Source: Sediminibacterium sp.
Lineage (GTDB): Bacteria; Bacteroidota; Bacteroidia; Chitinophagales; Chitinophagaceae
Assembly (NCBI GenBank): GCA_965206685.1
Contig: OZ242223.1
Span: 1,557,906-1,621,905, forward strand
Length of the DNA stretch: 64,000 nt
Direction of reading: 5' to 3'
The position numbers and the translations under genes are program-made. Below, piece by piece: positions 20,222-29,846 of the stretch. Under the pieces are notes generated by a model that was not told the DNA's origin, searched no databases, and was given only the letters and a program-made list of their open reading frames with translations. Positions within the stretch are counted from its first letter, which is position 1, and each line of letters begins with the position of its first letter.

Positions 20222-21151
20222 TTATGCCTTATTCTTAAAATTTATCTTTTTGATCTTGCCGGATTCCAGCATTTCTTTATGGATATTATCCAGAATCCCA
20301 TTTACAAACTGGCCACTTTGCGGCGTGCTGTAATCTTTGGCCAGATCAATATATTCGTTGATCGTTACTTTGGTAGGTATGGTTTCAAAGTATAATAACT
20401 CGCAAACACCCATCCGCATCAGTACCATGTCGAGCACGGCAATGCGCTCTGAATCCCAGTTTTTGAGTTTGGGTTTGATCAATTCTGCGCAGTATTCCTT
20501 CTTCTCTAAAGTGGTGGTAAGCAGGGTTTTGGCAAAATCCCATTTTTCGGCACTTAGCATTTCCTGAAGATTATAACCGGCAGGCTTTTGGATATAGTTC
20601 AGCATCAGCTGATCCATCATGTCTGCGTCATCATCCCAGTTATTGAATAATTCTTCCAGATGATTGATAAATGCTTCATTTGGAAGCATCAACTGGGTAA
20701 AAATGAGTTTGATGATCTCTTTCTCCTTTGCTTTTTCGCGGCTTTGCAGCGATATATATTCCTTGTATTTATCGGTTTCTGTCAGATCAACATAGATCTT
20801 CTTTACCAGTTCTTTATCAAGTAAAAGCTGCGGTTTGTCTAGTTCCAACGCCTTCTGAAAAGACGGGCTTTCGAGTATCTGCCAAAGGAATTCATTGCCG
20901 GCAATCTTGATATTTACGTTCAGATCGTCTTGCGAAGGTAAATTGCGTGAGGCTCTTTGCTGTGCACTGGTTTCAGCAAAACGGGCCACTTCGGTAAGAA
21001 AATAAAGGAGGTAAACGAATAATTCCCGACTTCGGTCGAGCTGCTTCTGTAACTCTTCAACGGGCTTTTTAAAGGCAACCAGGTTATCGGCAGCTTCTAT
21101 CATATAAAGTAGCTGCATCACTTTCACACGAATATTTCTTCTGCTTATCAT
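20222..21151 (-). CDS. nusB: Transcription antitermination factor NusB (long Bacteroidota form)
   Basis: N-terminus SRRNIRVKVMQLLY, and a C-terminal NusB domain (ERIAVLD..ILRMGVCELLYF..P.KV.INEYI.LAK). Confidence 0.85.
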   Translation of the reverse strand: MISRRNIRVKVMQLLYMIEAADNLVAFKKPVEELQKQLDRSRELFVYLLYFLTEVARFAETSAQQRASRNLPSQDDLNVNIKIAGNEFLWQILESPSFQKALELDKPQLLLDKELVKKIYVDLTETDKYKEYISLQSREKAKEKEIIKLIFTQLMLPNEAFINHLEELFNNWDDDADMMDQLMLNYIQKPAGYNLQEMLSAEKWDFAKTLLTTTLEKKEYCAELIKPKLKNWDSERIAVLDMVLMRMGVCELLYFETIPTKVTINEYIDLAKDYSTPQSGQFVNGILDNIHKEMLESGKIKKINFKNKA

Positions 21152-21433
21152 CTGGTAAGAACTTATTTGGGAGCCGCAAATATATTGCATAAACAGCCCC
21201 GCGCAAAATGAAAATACCCGTTCGGGAACGAACGGGTCTCAACCTTGATACAACCTTGCTTAAAGCTTCGCAGATATACGGGAGATTTCTACACTTGGTT
21301 TTAGATCAGCAACCCTTTTTGTAATAAATATTTTATTCTGCTTTTTTCTTCTGTTTTTCTCAAAATCTGAAATCCGTATCAAACCAAATACCGTTAGTGA
21401 AAAGGTTAACTGTATAACCATAAATAAAAAATC

Positions 21434-21862
21434 ATGAAGAAGAAACTTGTAAAAAAGATCGCTGTTTATTCAGCTTCTGTTTTGGGATTGCTGGTATTGA
21501 TCCTTTGTGTACACATTTATCTGGTTACAAGACCCAAAGCACCAGACGCTTCTACAAGGATCATGGCCAGAATTGATATCAAAAAACAAATCAGTCAAAC
21601 AGATGCAGAAAAAATTACAGCATGGATGTATCAGCAAAAAGGCATTGATCATGTTTTGGTTAACCCTGAATCGGATATTCTGGTGTTTACCTATTCTCCT
21701 TTACAAACCAATGCCAATAAGGTTTTAGCAGATTTGAAAGCCGGACTGCAAATCCCAGCAGAACGTGTAGTGCCTACTGAGGCAGAGATGAAAAGTGGTT
21801 GCCCGGTTGCACCCACTTCATTCAGTTACAAAGCATACTCGTTTATCAAAAAAATTATATAA
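21434..21862 (+). CDS. Hypothetical membrane-anchored protein
   Basis: N-terminal TM helix. The soluble part has no recognised motif. Confidence 0.45.
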   Translation: MKKKLVKKIAVYSASVLGLLVLILCVHIYLVTRPKAPDASTRIMARIDIKKQISQTDAEKITAWMYQQKGIDHVLVNPESDILVFTYSPLQTNANKVLADLKAGLQIPAERVVPTEAEMKSGCPVAPTSFSYKAYSFIKKII

Positions 21863-21885
21863 CCCATAACCATAAAACAAAAAAA

Positions 21886-22455
21886 ATGAAAAGAACAACC
21901 ATTTTATCCTTCGCGCTGATTGTAAGTACAGCTGTTATTCTGTTTAGCTCTTGCAGCAAGAGCAGTGATTCCGCAGGCGCCACGGTTACCGTACAGGCAA
22001 CTTTATACGATTCGTTGGGTGGCACAGCCATGGTTACAGATCCGGTAAATACCTCTGTAAAAATTGAACAGGGACGTTTAGGTATCCGTTCTGTGGTAGA
22101 CAGCACCATATTTGTGATTGCTGCTGATCCCAAATTGAATGGATTCTTTAAAGTATTACTGGCAGAAGTAACTGCAGGCAATACCAGTGGATTTGCAGCT
22201 TTGAGTAAAACACTTACCGATTTCTTTTGTGTGGCTACAGGCGCCAAAAACTTCACTTATGGAGGTAAAAGTATGGCTGCGGCGCATGATCCGGCACAGA
22301 ACGCAAGAATGTTTGCGAAATCCGCCAATGCAGACTTTGATCAGTTTGTAACAGATCTGGTAGCGGGTGCTACAAAAAACAAACTCCCGGCCAATCTGAT
22401 CACTTCAGTAGGTATTGTGGTAAATACACAAAGAACTATTGTAGTTCAGAAATAA
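21886..22455 (+). CDS. Lipoprotein with a truncated-hemoglobin-like domain
   Basis: Lipobox LFSSC. LYDSLGG start and GKSMAAAHDP resemble group I truncated globins. ATG at 21886 preferred. Confidence 0.45.
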   Translation: MKRTTILSFALIVSTAVILFSSCSKSSDSAGATVTVQATLYDSLGGTAMVTDPVNTSVKIEQGRLGIRSVVDSTIFVIAADPKLNGFFKVLLAEVTAGNTSGFAALSKTLTDFFCVATGAKNFTYGGKSMAAAHDPAQNARMFAKSANADFDQFVTDLVAGATKNKLPANLITSVGIVVNTQRTIVVQK

Positions 22456-22601
22456 ATTAACTTATATCATTCACATACACTCAGTGAAACAGTAGCTGAA
22501 TTGTATGTGAATGATATATCAATCCCGCCCGTTCTTTCTTCCATTATGAAGGAAAAGTTTATGATCTCCGGATCTTGCTATCCTTCTTTCATTTACAATT
22601 T

Positions 22602-23006
22602 ATGCGCAAACAAATTATTCTCTTAACGGGTGTAGTAGTGCTATGCTCAGTTGCCTGGGGATTTCATCTCTACTTTAAAACCAGGCCGGATATTGGTTCT
22701 GAAAAACCATCCGCAAGTTTAACTGCCAATGCGCTCTATACGCAGTATCAAAAAGATGAAATAGCTGCCAATCAGCTTTTTCTCGAAAAAATTATTGCAG
22801 TAGATGGTGAAGTTGTGGATGTTGCCAAAACAGACAGTACACTCAGCATTCAATTGAAAGGTGGAGAAACAGGCGGTATCAATTGCAGTATAAGAAATAT
22901 GCCCAAAACCATTCCATCAAAAGGATCTGTTGTAACCATTAAAGGCAGATGCTCTGGTTTTTTAATGGATGTAAACCTGGTGGATTGTGTTTTAGAAAAA
23001 CCCTGA
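22602..23006 (+). CDS. Membrane-anchored OB-fold (tRNA_anti-like family) protein
   Basis: TM anchor, then LTANALYTQYQKDEIAANQLFLEKIIAVDGEVVDV, which is typical of that family. Confidence 0.45.
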   Translation: MRKQIILLTGVVVLCSVAWGFHLYFKTRPDIGSEKPSASLTANALYTQYQKDEIAANQLFLEKIIAVDGEVVDVAKTDSTLSIQLKGGETGGINCSIRNMPKTIPSKGSVVTIKGRCSGFLMDVNLVDCVLEKP

Positions 23007-23018
23007 TAAAACTTTGCT

Positions 23019-23402
23019 ATGAAACGAATGCTTTTCTTTTTTTTAATACTTACAAGTCTTATGATGATCCTCGATTCATGTAAAAAATCAAGTGAGGATA
23101 AACTGATAACAGCCACAGTCAGCATATGCGATACAACGCTTGTAAAATACAGCACCGATATCGTTCCTATTCTTCAGGCCAAATGTTACCGTTGTCATGG
23201 CAATGGCAATACAGGTGGTAGTGGTGGTATACTGTTGGAAGGTTATACCAATCTTTCCAAATGGGCTGCCAATGGGTTTCTGGTAGGAAATACAAGTCGG
23301 CTGCCGGGCTATGTTCCCATGCCTTATGGCGAATCGAAACTACCCGATTGTGAAGTAAATAAAATTGCCGCCTGGGTACACCAGGGATTTAAAAATAACT
23401 AA
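23019..23402 (+). CDS. Small lipoprotein with a CxxCH heme-binding motif
   Basis: Lipobox ILDSC and the CYRCHG motif. Confidence 0.55.
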   Translation: MKRMLFFFLILTSLMMILDSCKKSSEDKLITATVSICDTTLVKYSTDIVPILQAKCYRCHGNGNTGGSGGILLEGYTNLSKWAANGFLVGNTSRLPGYVPMPYGESKLPDCEVNKIAAWVHQGFKNN

Positions 23403-23416
23403 CCCAACCTTTTTAT

Positions 23417-23962
23417 ATGAAACATATTATAGCTATCAGTTTGTTTTTGGTTGTATCATCCGTAACAGCATTTGGCCAGTTATATACAACCAGAACAGGA
23501 TTGATCGGATTCTTTTCAAAAACACCTCTGGAAGATATTAAAGCAGACAATAAACAGGTCTACGCAGTAATCGATGTAGGTAAAAAAAATCTTGCTTTCA
23601 GTTTATTAATGAAAGGATTTCTCTTTGAACGCGCTTTGCAGCAGGAACATTTTAATGAGAATTATGTAGAGAGCGATAAATTTCCCAAAGCCAATTTTAC
23701 CGGAATGTATAGTGGTGAAGTGAATCTGCAGAAAGACGGCTCCTACCCTGTTACCGTTAAAGGAAACCTTACGATTCATGGTGTTACCAAAAATATAGAA
23801 ACACCCGCCACGCTTGAAGTAAAAGCCGGAAAACTGATGGGTATGGCAAAGTTCAATGTTAGTCCGGAAGACTATGCCATCATCATTCCCTCACTGGTAA
23901 GAGATAAGATCGCCAAACAGGTAACTATCAGTATTCAGATCGATTGTAACCCATCTAAATAA
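23417..23962 (+). CDS. YceI-family periplasmic protein
   Basis: Signal peptide. LTIHGVTKNI and the overall YceI pattern. Confidence 0.8.
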   Translation: MKHIIAISLFLVVSSVTAFGQLYTTRTGLIGFFSKTPLEDIKADNKQVYAVIDVGKKNLAFSLLMKGFLFERALQQEHFNENYVESDKFPKANFTGMYSGEVNLQKDGSYPVTVKGNLTIHGVTKNIETPATLEVKAGKLMGMAKFNVSPEDYAIIIPSLVRDKIAKQVTISIQIDCNPSK

Positions 23963-23969
23963 TTTAAGT

Positions 23970-24878
23970 ATGAAATCTTTTATAAGTTTTGTTTTTACGT
24001 TTTGTTTATTATCCAATATCCATGCTCAGGATAATAACCTTTTGAATATGTTGAATGATTCCATGAAAGCGAATGTTTCTCCATCGTATGTTACGGCAAC
24101 CTTTAAAGCCACACACGTAGTAAACATGCAAACCATCGAATCACCGGCACAGGGCGCATTGAGTTTTGTGATTCAACACCGGTTTGGCCAGCTAAACAGT
24201 GGCGCCTATAATCTTTTCGGATTGGATAATGCCACCCTTCGTCTGGGTTTTGACTATGGAATTACAGACCGCTTTGCAGTGGGTGTTGGCAGAAGTTCTT
24301 ATTTGAAAACCTTTGACGGTTATGCAAAGTATAAGCTGCTACGCCAAACGGATGGCAGTAATACAATGCCGTTTTCGGTAAGTGTGTTGGGAACGATTTC
24401 CAATTATACACAAACGATCATTGATAAGCCTTATCTTACCGCCAATTACAGAACCGCCTACACCGGCCAGTTATTGATTGCCAGAAAATTCAGCAAAGAT
24501 TTTTCACTTCAACTTACCCCCACTTATTTACGTTACAATTTAGTGCCAACGGTGGCCGATAAAAACAACCTGTTTGTACTGGGCTCCGGTGCCAGAATGA
24601 AATTAACCAAACGAACCAGTTTGAACGTAGAGTACAATTATCTGCCCGATAACCAGGTAGTTTCTACAACCGTACACAATTCCTTTTCTTTAGGATATGA
24701 TATTGAAACCGGAGGGCACGTGTTTCAGTTGGTGTTTTCCAATTCGCAAAGCATGATCGAATCGCAATACCTTGCCCAAACACCGGGAAAATGGAGTAAC
24801 GGGGATATTTATTTCGGGTTCAATATTTCCCGCGATTTTAAGATTTCCAAACACGCCAAAAGCAAAATAAACTGGTAG
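23970..24878 (+). CDS. Outer-membrane beta-barrel protein (DUF5777-like)
   Basis: Signal peptide. Alternating beta-strand pattern ending in an aromatic-rich C-terminus. Confidence 0.5.
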   Translation: MKSFISFVFTFCLLSNIHAQDNNLLNMLNDSMKANVSPSYVTATFKATHVVNMQTIESPAQGALSFVIQHRFGQLNSGAYNLFGLDNATLRLGFDYGITDRFAVGVGRSSYLKTFDGYAKYKLLRQTDGSNTMPFSVSVLGTISNYTQTIIDKPYLTANYRTAYTGQLLIARKFSKDFSLQLTPTYLRYNLVPTVADKNNLFVLGSGARMKLTKRTSLNVEYNYLPDNQVVSTTVHNSFSLGYDIETGGHVFQLVFSNSQSMIESQYLAQTPGKWSNGDIYFGFNISRDFKISKHAKSKINW

Positions 24879-24902
24879 GTCTCTATCATTGATCTATTTC
24901 TG

Positions 24903-24940
24903 CCGTGAACGGCTGTCCCCCGACAGAAGTTCACGGTTTT
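24903..24940 (+). terminator. Rho-independent terminator
   Basis: ccgtgaac...gttcacgg followed by tttt. Confidence 0.65.
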
Positions 24941-25167
24941 GTCATTTAAGCCTCAAATAACCGGTTTTGCCCCATTTTCCACCATGCAATTTTGACACCA
25001 CTAATTCAAAAACTTCCCCCATCTTTGCGTCCTTTCTGACAGTCCATGCTTGCTATCGGATGGGTTTGGCCCGGTTTCTGAAAATTTGACCTGATTCTCC
25101 CCTATGGCATAATAATCGTGGATAGCCAGATACATTATTAACTCAATCAATAAAAAACCAATAACGT

Positions 25168-25449
25168 ATGGCAAAGAAACTCAACGTTACTCCTCTGCAC
25201 GACAGAGTAATTGTTAAGCCTGCCGCTGCTGAAGAAAAGACCGCAGGCGGAATCATTATCCCTGACACTGCTAAAGAAAAACCACAACGTGGCACGATCG
25301 TAGCTGCCGGAGCCGGTAAAAAAGACGAGCCTGTAACTGTAAAAGTTGGCGATACCGTTTTATATGGCAAATATGCCGGAACAGAGATCCAGATAGAAGG
25401 CCAGGATCTCCTGATCATGCGTGAAAGCGATATCCTCGCAATCGTTTAA
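25168..25449 (+). CDS. groES: Co-chaperonin GroES
   Basis: 93 aa, [27 protein letters not shown]. Confidence 0.97.
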   Translation: MAKKLNVTPLHDRVIVKPAAAEEKTAGGIIIPDTAKEKPQRGTIVAAGAGKKDEPVTVKVGDTVLYGKYAGTEIQIEGQDLLIMRESDILAIV

Positions 25450-25523
25450 TTTGAAAATTTGAAAGTTTCGTAACACAGTAAAAATCCAAAATTTCAAAAT
25501 TCCAAAATTTCAAAATTCTTATT

Positions 25524-27158
25524 ATGTCAAAACAGATTTTCTTCGATATCGAAGCAAGGAATAAAATGAAAAAAGGCGTTGATATCTTAGCCAACGCAGT
25601 AAAAGTAACCCTCGGACCCAAAGGCCGTAACGTGGTTATTGAAAAGAAATTCGGCGCACCACAGGTAACCAAAGATGGTGTAACCGTTGCCAAAGAAATT
25701 GAACTGGAAGACCCAATTGAGAACATGGGTGCACAGATGGTAAAAGAAGTAGCTTCTAAAACCGCAGATATTGCCGGTGATGGTACTACTACCGCTACTG
25801 TTTTAGCGCAAAGCATTATCAGCGAAGGTTTGAAGAACGTAGCTGCCGGTGCCAACCCAATGGATCTGAAACGTGGTATTGATAAAGCCGTTGCCAAAGT
25901 GATTGAAAGTCTGAAAGCACAATCACAAGCCGTTGGTAATGATTCTAAAAAAATTGAGCAGGTAGCTACTATCTCTGCCAACAGCGACAGTGAAATTGGC
26001 AAATTAATTGCCACTGCAATGTCTAAAGTTGGTAAAGAAGGTGTGATCACTGTTGAAGAAGCAAAAGGAACCGATACTACAGTTGATGTGGTAGAAGGTA
26101 TGCAATTCGATCGTGGTTATATCTCTCCGTATTTCGTTACCAACAGCGAAAAAATGGAAGTAGAACTGCAGAACCCATACATCCTGATCTACGATAAAAA
26201 GATCAGCGCTATGAAAGACATTCTTCATATTCTGGAGAAAGTGGCTCAAAGCGGCCGTCCTTTGCTGATCATTGCTGAAGACCTGGAAGGTGAAGCATTG
26301 GCAACATTGGTGGTAAACAAATTACGTGGTACGTTAAAAGTCGCTGCTGTTAAAGCACCGGGCTTTGGCGACCGCAGAAAAGAAATGCTTACTGATATCG
26401 CGATCTTAACTGCAGGTATCGTGGTAAGTGAAGAACAAGGTTTCAAACTGGAAAGTGCTGACCTGACTTATTTAGGTTCTGCTGCTTCTGTTACCATTGA
26501 TAAAGACAACACAATCGTAGTTGGCGGTAAAGGCAAAAAAGCGGATATCGTTGCACGTGTAAATCAAATCAAAGCACAGATCGAGAATACCACTTCTGAT
26601 TATGACCGCGAAAAATTACAGGAGCGCCTTGCTAAATTAAGCGGTGGTGTAGCTGTATTGTACGTTGGTGCTGCAACAGAAGTTGAAATGAAAGAAAAGA
26701 AAGACCGTGTTGACGATGCATTGCACGCAACAAGGGCTGCAGTTGAAGAAGGTATCGTTCCCGGCGGTGGTGTTGCTTACATCCGTGCCGTAGAAAGCCT
26801 CGAAAAACTGAAAGGTGCGAACGAAGACGAATCTACCGGTATCCAAATCGTTAAAAGAGCGATTGAAGAGCCATTGCGTCAGATCGTGATCAATAGCGGT
26901 ATTGAAGGTTCTATAGTGGTTCAGAAAGTAAAAGAAGGCAAGGCTGATTTTGGTTTCAATGCCCGTACAGAAGTGTATGAGAACCTGTTCAAAGCAGGTG
27001 TTATTGATCCAACCAAAGTTACCCGTGTAGCATTGGAAAATGCAGCGTCTATCGCAGCTATGCTGTTAACCACAGAATGTGTGATCGCTGATAAGCCAAA
27101 AGCTGAAGCACCGCATTCACATGGTGCACCTGATATGGGTGGCATGGGTGGATATTAA
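25524..27158 (+). CDS. groEL: Chaperonin GroEL
   Basis: 544 aa, [13 protein letters not shown]-terminal GGMGG tail. Confidence 0.98.
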   Translation: MSKQIFFDIEARNKMKKGVDILANAVKVTLGPKGRNVVIEKKFGAPQVTKDGVTVAKEIELEDPIENMGAQMVKEVASKTADIAGDGTTTATVLAQSIISEGLKNVAAGANPMDLKRGIDKAVAKVIESLKAQSQAVGNDSKKIEQVATISANSDSEIGKLIATAMSKVGKEGVITVEEAKGTDTTVDVVEGMQFDRGYISPYFVTNSEKMEVELQNPYILIYDKKISAMKDILHILEKVAQSGRPLLIIAEDLEGEALATLVVNKLRGTLKVAAVKAPGFGDRRKEMLTDIAILTAGIVVSEEQGFKLESADLTYLGSAASVTIDKDNTIVVGGKGKKADIVARVNQIKAQIENTTSDYDREKLQERLAKLSGGVAVLYVGAATEVEMKEKKDRVDDALHATRAAVEEGIVPGGGVAYIRAVESLEKLKGANEDESTGIQIVKRAIEEPLRQIVINSGIEGSIVVQKVKEGKADFGFNARTEVYENLFKAGVIDPTKVTRVALENAASIAAMLLTTECVIADKPKAEAPHSHGAPDMGGMGGY

Positions 27159-27182
27159 TATCACCGGTTTACAAAATATACG

Positions 27183-27219
27183 ATCCCCGTTATGGCAACA
27201 TAGCGGGGATTTTTTTTTG
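27183..27219 (+). terminator. Rho-independent terminator after groEL
   Basis: atccccgttat/atagcggggat stem followed by a T-run. Confidence 0.65.
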
Positions 27220-27244
27220 ATCGTATGGTAAATAAAAGCTGATA

Positions 27245-27937
27245 TTAATTTTTAGGTAGATAAGCTTTCAGAATGCCTTTTACAAAAAGATACTGCGACC
27301 ATCCATAAGTGATCATTACCAATACAAAAACATCTTTATCGCGGTTCCAGTGGAATTTATTTAATGCCACCAGTGCGTTTTCGATCAGAAAAATAATCAC
27401 AGCCGGAATCAGGTATTTATAAGCTACTTCTTTGTATTTTTCATTTCCGGCTACATTCACAGCTGTAACCGTTGTAATGGAAATGGCAAACATATAAGCA
27501 ACGATGGCAGGTTTATAATCGCCCAGATCATCTCCTAAATATCCGATCAGCCACTCTCCCAAAAAAAAGAGTAATATAAGGGTACCCAGTACGGGCAATA
27601 CTTTCCGCATACGAAATGCTGCCAGCGAAAGAAAAGAATAACTGTAAAAGAGATTAACGAAAAGAAAAGCGATCATTCCACTCAGGAAGAAAGTATCATT
27701 AATGATGATCAGTTGTACATCACCCAAAAAAGCCAGCATTAAACCTATATAAAAAATGAATTTGCCCGAAGGTTTGCCTATATTATTATCACGCAGAATA
27801 ATGTGCAATAATAATAAAGGAACCAGCATGGGTTTGGTAACTGCCACATAAGGAAGATGAAAATGCTGAAACACACAATGGATCAGCAGAATGATCCAGA
27901 ATAGTGTAATGGTTCTTTTGTAGAGAAATGCTTCCAT
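27245..27937 (-). CDS. YhhN-family (lysoplasmalogenase-like) membrane protein
   Basis: Multi-TM protein with the LAFLGDVQL motif. Confidence 0.75.
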   Translation of the reverse strand: MEAFLYKRTITLFWIILLIHCVFQHFHLPYVAVTKPMLVPLLLLHIILRDNNIGKPSGKFIFYIGLMLAFLGDVQLIIINDTFFLSGMIAFLFVNLFYSYSFLSLAAFRMRKVLPVLGTLILLFFLGEWLIGYLGDDLGDYKPAIVAYMFAISITTVTAVNVAGNEKYKEVAYKYLIPAVIIFLIENALVALNKFHWNRDKDVFVLVMITYGWSQYLFVKGILKAYLPKN

Positions 27938-27990
27938 AGTTATCAGCTACAAATTAGCCTGTTTCTTTTATAATTCATATAGTTCTGTAA

Positions 27991-28680
27991 TTATCCCTCC
28001 CGGTTAGCTGCCCTTCTGCTGAAACCCATCACCAATAAACATTGTGCAATGCCATAGGTAAGCATTACCGCCAGATCGAGTAAGGATTCATGGTAATAGA
28101 ATTTATTTAATGCCAGGATCCCATCAGATAAAACAAAAACAGCAGCACCTGTAATAAAATACCGTAAAGTCAGCTGCTTCAAAAAGCGATGATTATAGGT
28201 ATTGGCCGCCAATATGGCCATACAGCTGATGATCACCATATAAATAATGATCGGCAGTTTAAAGCTTCCCAAAGCAGGCCCGATCTTGCCAATTACTGCA
28301 CCCGATACAAACGTCAGTATTATAGCAGCCATAATTGCATACCAGCCTTTGGAAAGATATAATGGATATAATCGTAAAAAATAAATACTGTTACTGATAT
28401 GCGTTCCGATAAAAGCGGCCATGCCCAGCAGAAAGAACAGTTCTCCGTTACGGGTCAATAACAGATCACCCAAAAAAGCAAAAAACAATCCGGCAAATGC
28501 CGGCAGGTTTATATTTCGCCCCGCTTTTTCGGCCGATAAATATAAGTATACGGCCAGTATGGGTAAAAGCAACAGTTTGGTAGCTGTTCTTAGTGCTGTA
28601 TTCTCCGTATAAATAAAGAAAAGATGTGCTGCAAGTACAACAGCAAATAGCAGTATGCCCCTTTTTTTGAAGAAGTTCAT
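27991..28680 (-). CDS. YhhN-family membrane protein, tandem paralogue
   Basis: Multi-TM protein with the FAFLGDLLL motif. Confidence 0.75.
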   Translation of the reverse strand: MNFFKKRGILLFAVVLAAHLFFIYTENTALRTATKLLLLPILAVYLYLSAEKAGRNINLPAFAGLFFAFLGDLLLTRNGELFFLLGMAAFIGTHISNSIYFLRLYPLYLSKGWYAIMAAIILTFVSGAVIGKIGPALGSFKLPIIIYMVIISCMAILAANTYNHRFLKQLTLRYFITGAAVFVLSDGILALNKFYYHESLLDLAVMLTYGIAQCLLVMGFSRRAANREG

Positions 28681-28806
28681 GGCAATCAGGTTTAGATAAG
28701 TATTACAATCAATTGAAAGTTAGCATTTTATGTTGAAATAGTACAAATTCACCCTTGTGAATGATTAGCCCATCAGATTTTATACAGGAAGAATTACTTT
28801 TGCCGC

Positions 28807-29142
28807 ATGGTGCCGAACGATAACGAAGGCTTTCTGGCTTATTGGTCTGAGAACAGGGAAAAGGAAAAAACAAGCCCCCGTCCTTTTATCATCGGGCTGT
28901 CATCAGGTTTTGCTATTGGGGTTTGTGTGATATTGTTGATGGAAAGCGGTTGGTACGAAAGGGCCAATATGGAAGCCAATTCAAGATTAAATTATCTGGT
29001 TTTGGTACTGGCTATCATGGGGATCTCCTTTTTTATGGCATTTATTTACCGGAAATTCAGATGGGAAATGCAGGAACAGAGGTATCTGGAATTGATGGCT
29101 GCCCAAAAAAATGCCAAAAATAAGGAGCAGAAGCAGCCTTAA
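28807..29142 (+). CDS. Hypothetical 2-TM membrane protein
   Basis: ORF with two hydrophobic segments. No recognised motif. Confidence 0.4.
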   Translation: MVPNDNEGFLAYWSENREKEKTSPRPFIIGLSSGFAIGVCVILLMESGWYERANMEANSRLNYLVLVLAIMGISFFMAFIYRKFRWEMQEQRYLELMAAQKNAKNKEQKQP

Positions 29143-29175
29143 TTGATAAAATCAAGTCTATTAAAAAAAAGTTTC

Positions 29176-29643
29176 ATGAGAAAATTATTGGTTATTGTTT
29201 TGGTTCTTTCCGGTTTGGCGCTGAATTCCTGCAGCAAAAGCAACAGTGGCTGTCAGCCGGCAACCATTGCTTCTGAAAAAACGGCCATGGTGGCATTTTG
29301 TACGGCAAACAGTATCAACTATAAAGAAGACCCGAGTGGTATTTTGTATGAGATCATTATCCCGGGAGCAGATCCTGCCCCAAACCTTAGCTCTACCGTA
29401 TCCACTGTTTACACCGGTAAACTGCTGAACGGAAATACTTTTGACGCAGCGGCTAACCCGATAACTTTTCAGCTTTCCGGTGTGATCGACGGCTGGAAGA
29501 TCGGAATCCCCCTGATCAAAAAAGGTGGCCGTATTAAAATGGTGATACCTTCTGCCCTGGCTTATGGCTGTACAGGTTCAGGAAGCGCCATCGCTCCTAA
29601 TTCACCATTATATTTTGATGTAACACTGACTGATGTAAAATAA
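29176..29643 (+). CDS. FKBP-type peptidyl-prolyl isomerase lipoprotein
   Basis: Lipobox LALNSC. VYTGKLLNGNTFD..GVIDGW..G...K.GG..K..IPS.LAYG. ATG at 29176 preferred over the TTG at 29143. Confidence 0.85.
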   Translation: MRKLLVIVLVLSGLALNSCSKSNSGCQPATIASEKTAMVAFCTANSINYKEDPSGILYEIIIPGADPAPNLSSTVSTVYTGKLLNGNTFDAAANPITFQLSGVIDGWKIGIPLIKKGGRIKMVIPSALAYGCTGSGSAIAPNSPLYFDVTLTDVK

Positions 29644-29663
29644 CCTGGCGAGACTTTGCCAGA

Positions 29664-29701
29664 AATACCGGAACCAAGCCTATTTGTTCCGGTATTTTTT
29701 T
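29664..29701 (+). terminator. Rho-independent terminator
   Basis: aataccggaac/gttccggtatt followed by a T-run. Confidence 0.65.
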
Positions 29702-29846
29702 GCCTTCCCCAATCCCTTCAAAATGTAGTTAACAGGTGTGGAAAACAATAAGTTGAGACTAAAATGCCATTATAAGGCGCAGATAGCGGATTTCATTCCC
29801 ATTCCCCTATCTTTGCCGCTCTAAAAAATAATAAACCGTTACTAAT

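Noticed and set aside
21191-21433. Possible small RNA or tRNA in the 240-bp spacer upstream of nusB
   Set aside because: Only a short hairpin (acccgttcgggaacgaacgggt) is visible. I saw no cloverleaf-compatible sequence or conserved ncRNA motif that I could recognise by eye.
24941-25167. CIRCE (HrcA operator) upstream of groES
   Set aside because: No ttagcactc-N9-gagtgctaa-like inverted repeat is visible in this spacer.
25415-26050. 211-aa ORF antisense to groEL, and the similar antisense ORFs at 26004-26249, 26246-26446, 26637-26846 and 26921-27145
   Set aside because: They lie fully inside the strongly supported groEL CDS on the opposite strand and have low-complexity Ala/Ser/Thr-rich translations. 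These are typical shadow ORFs.
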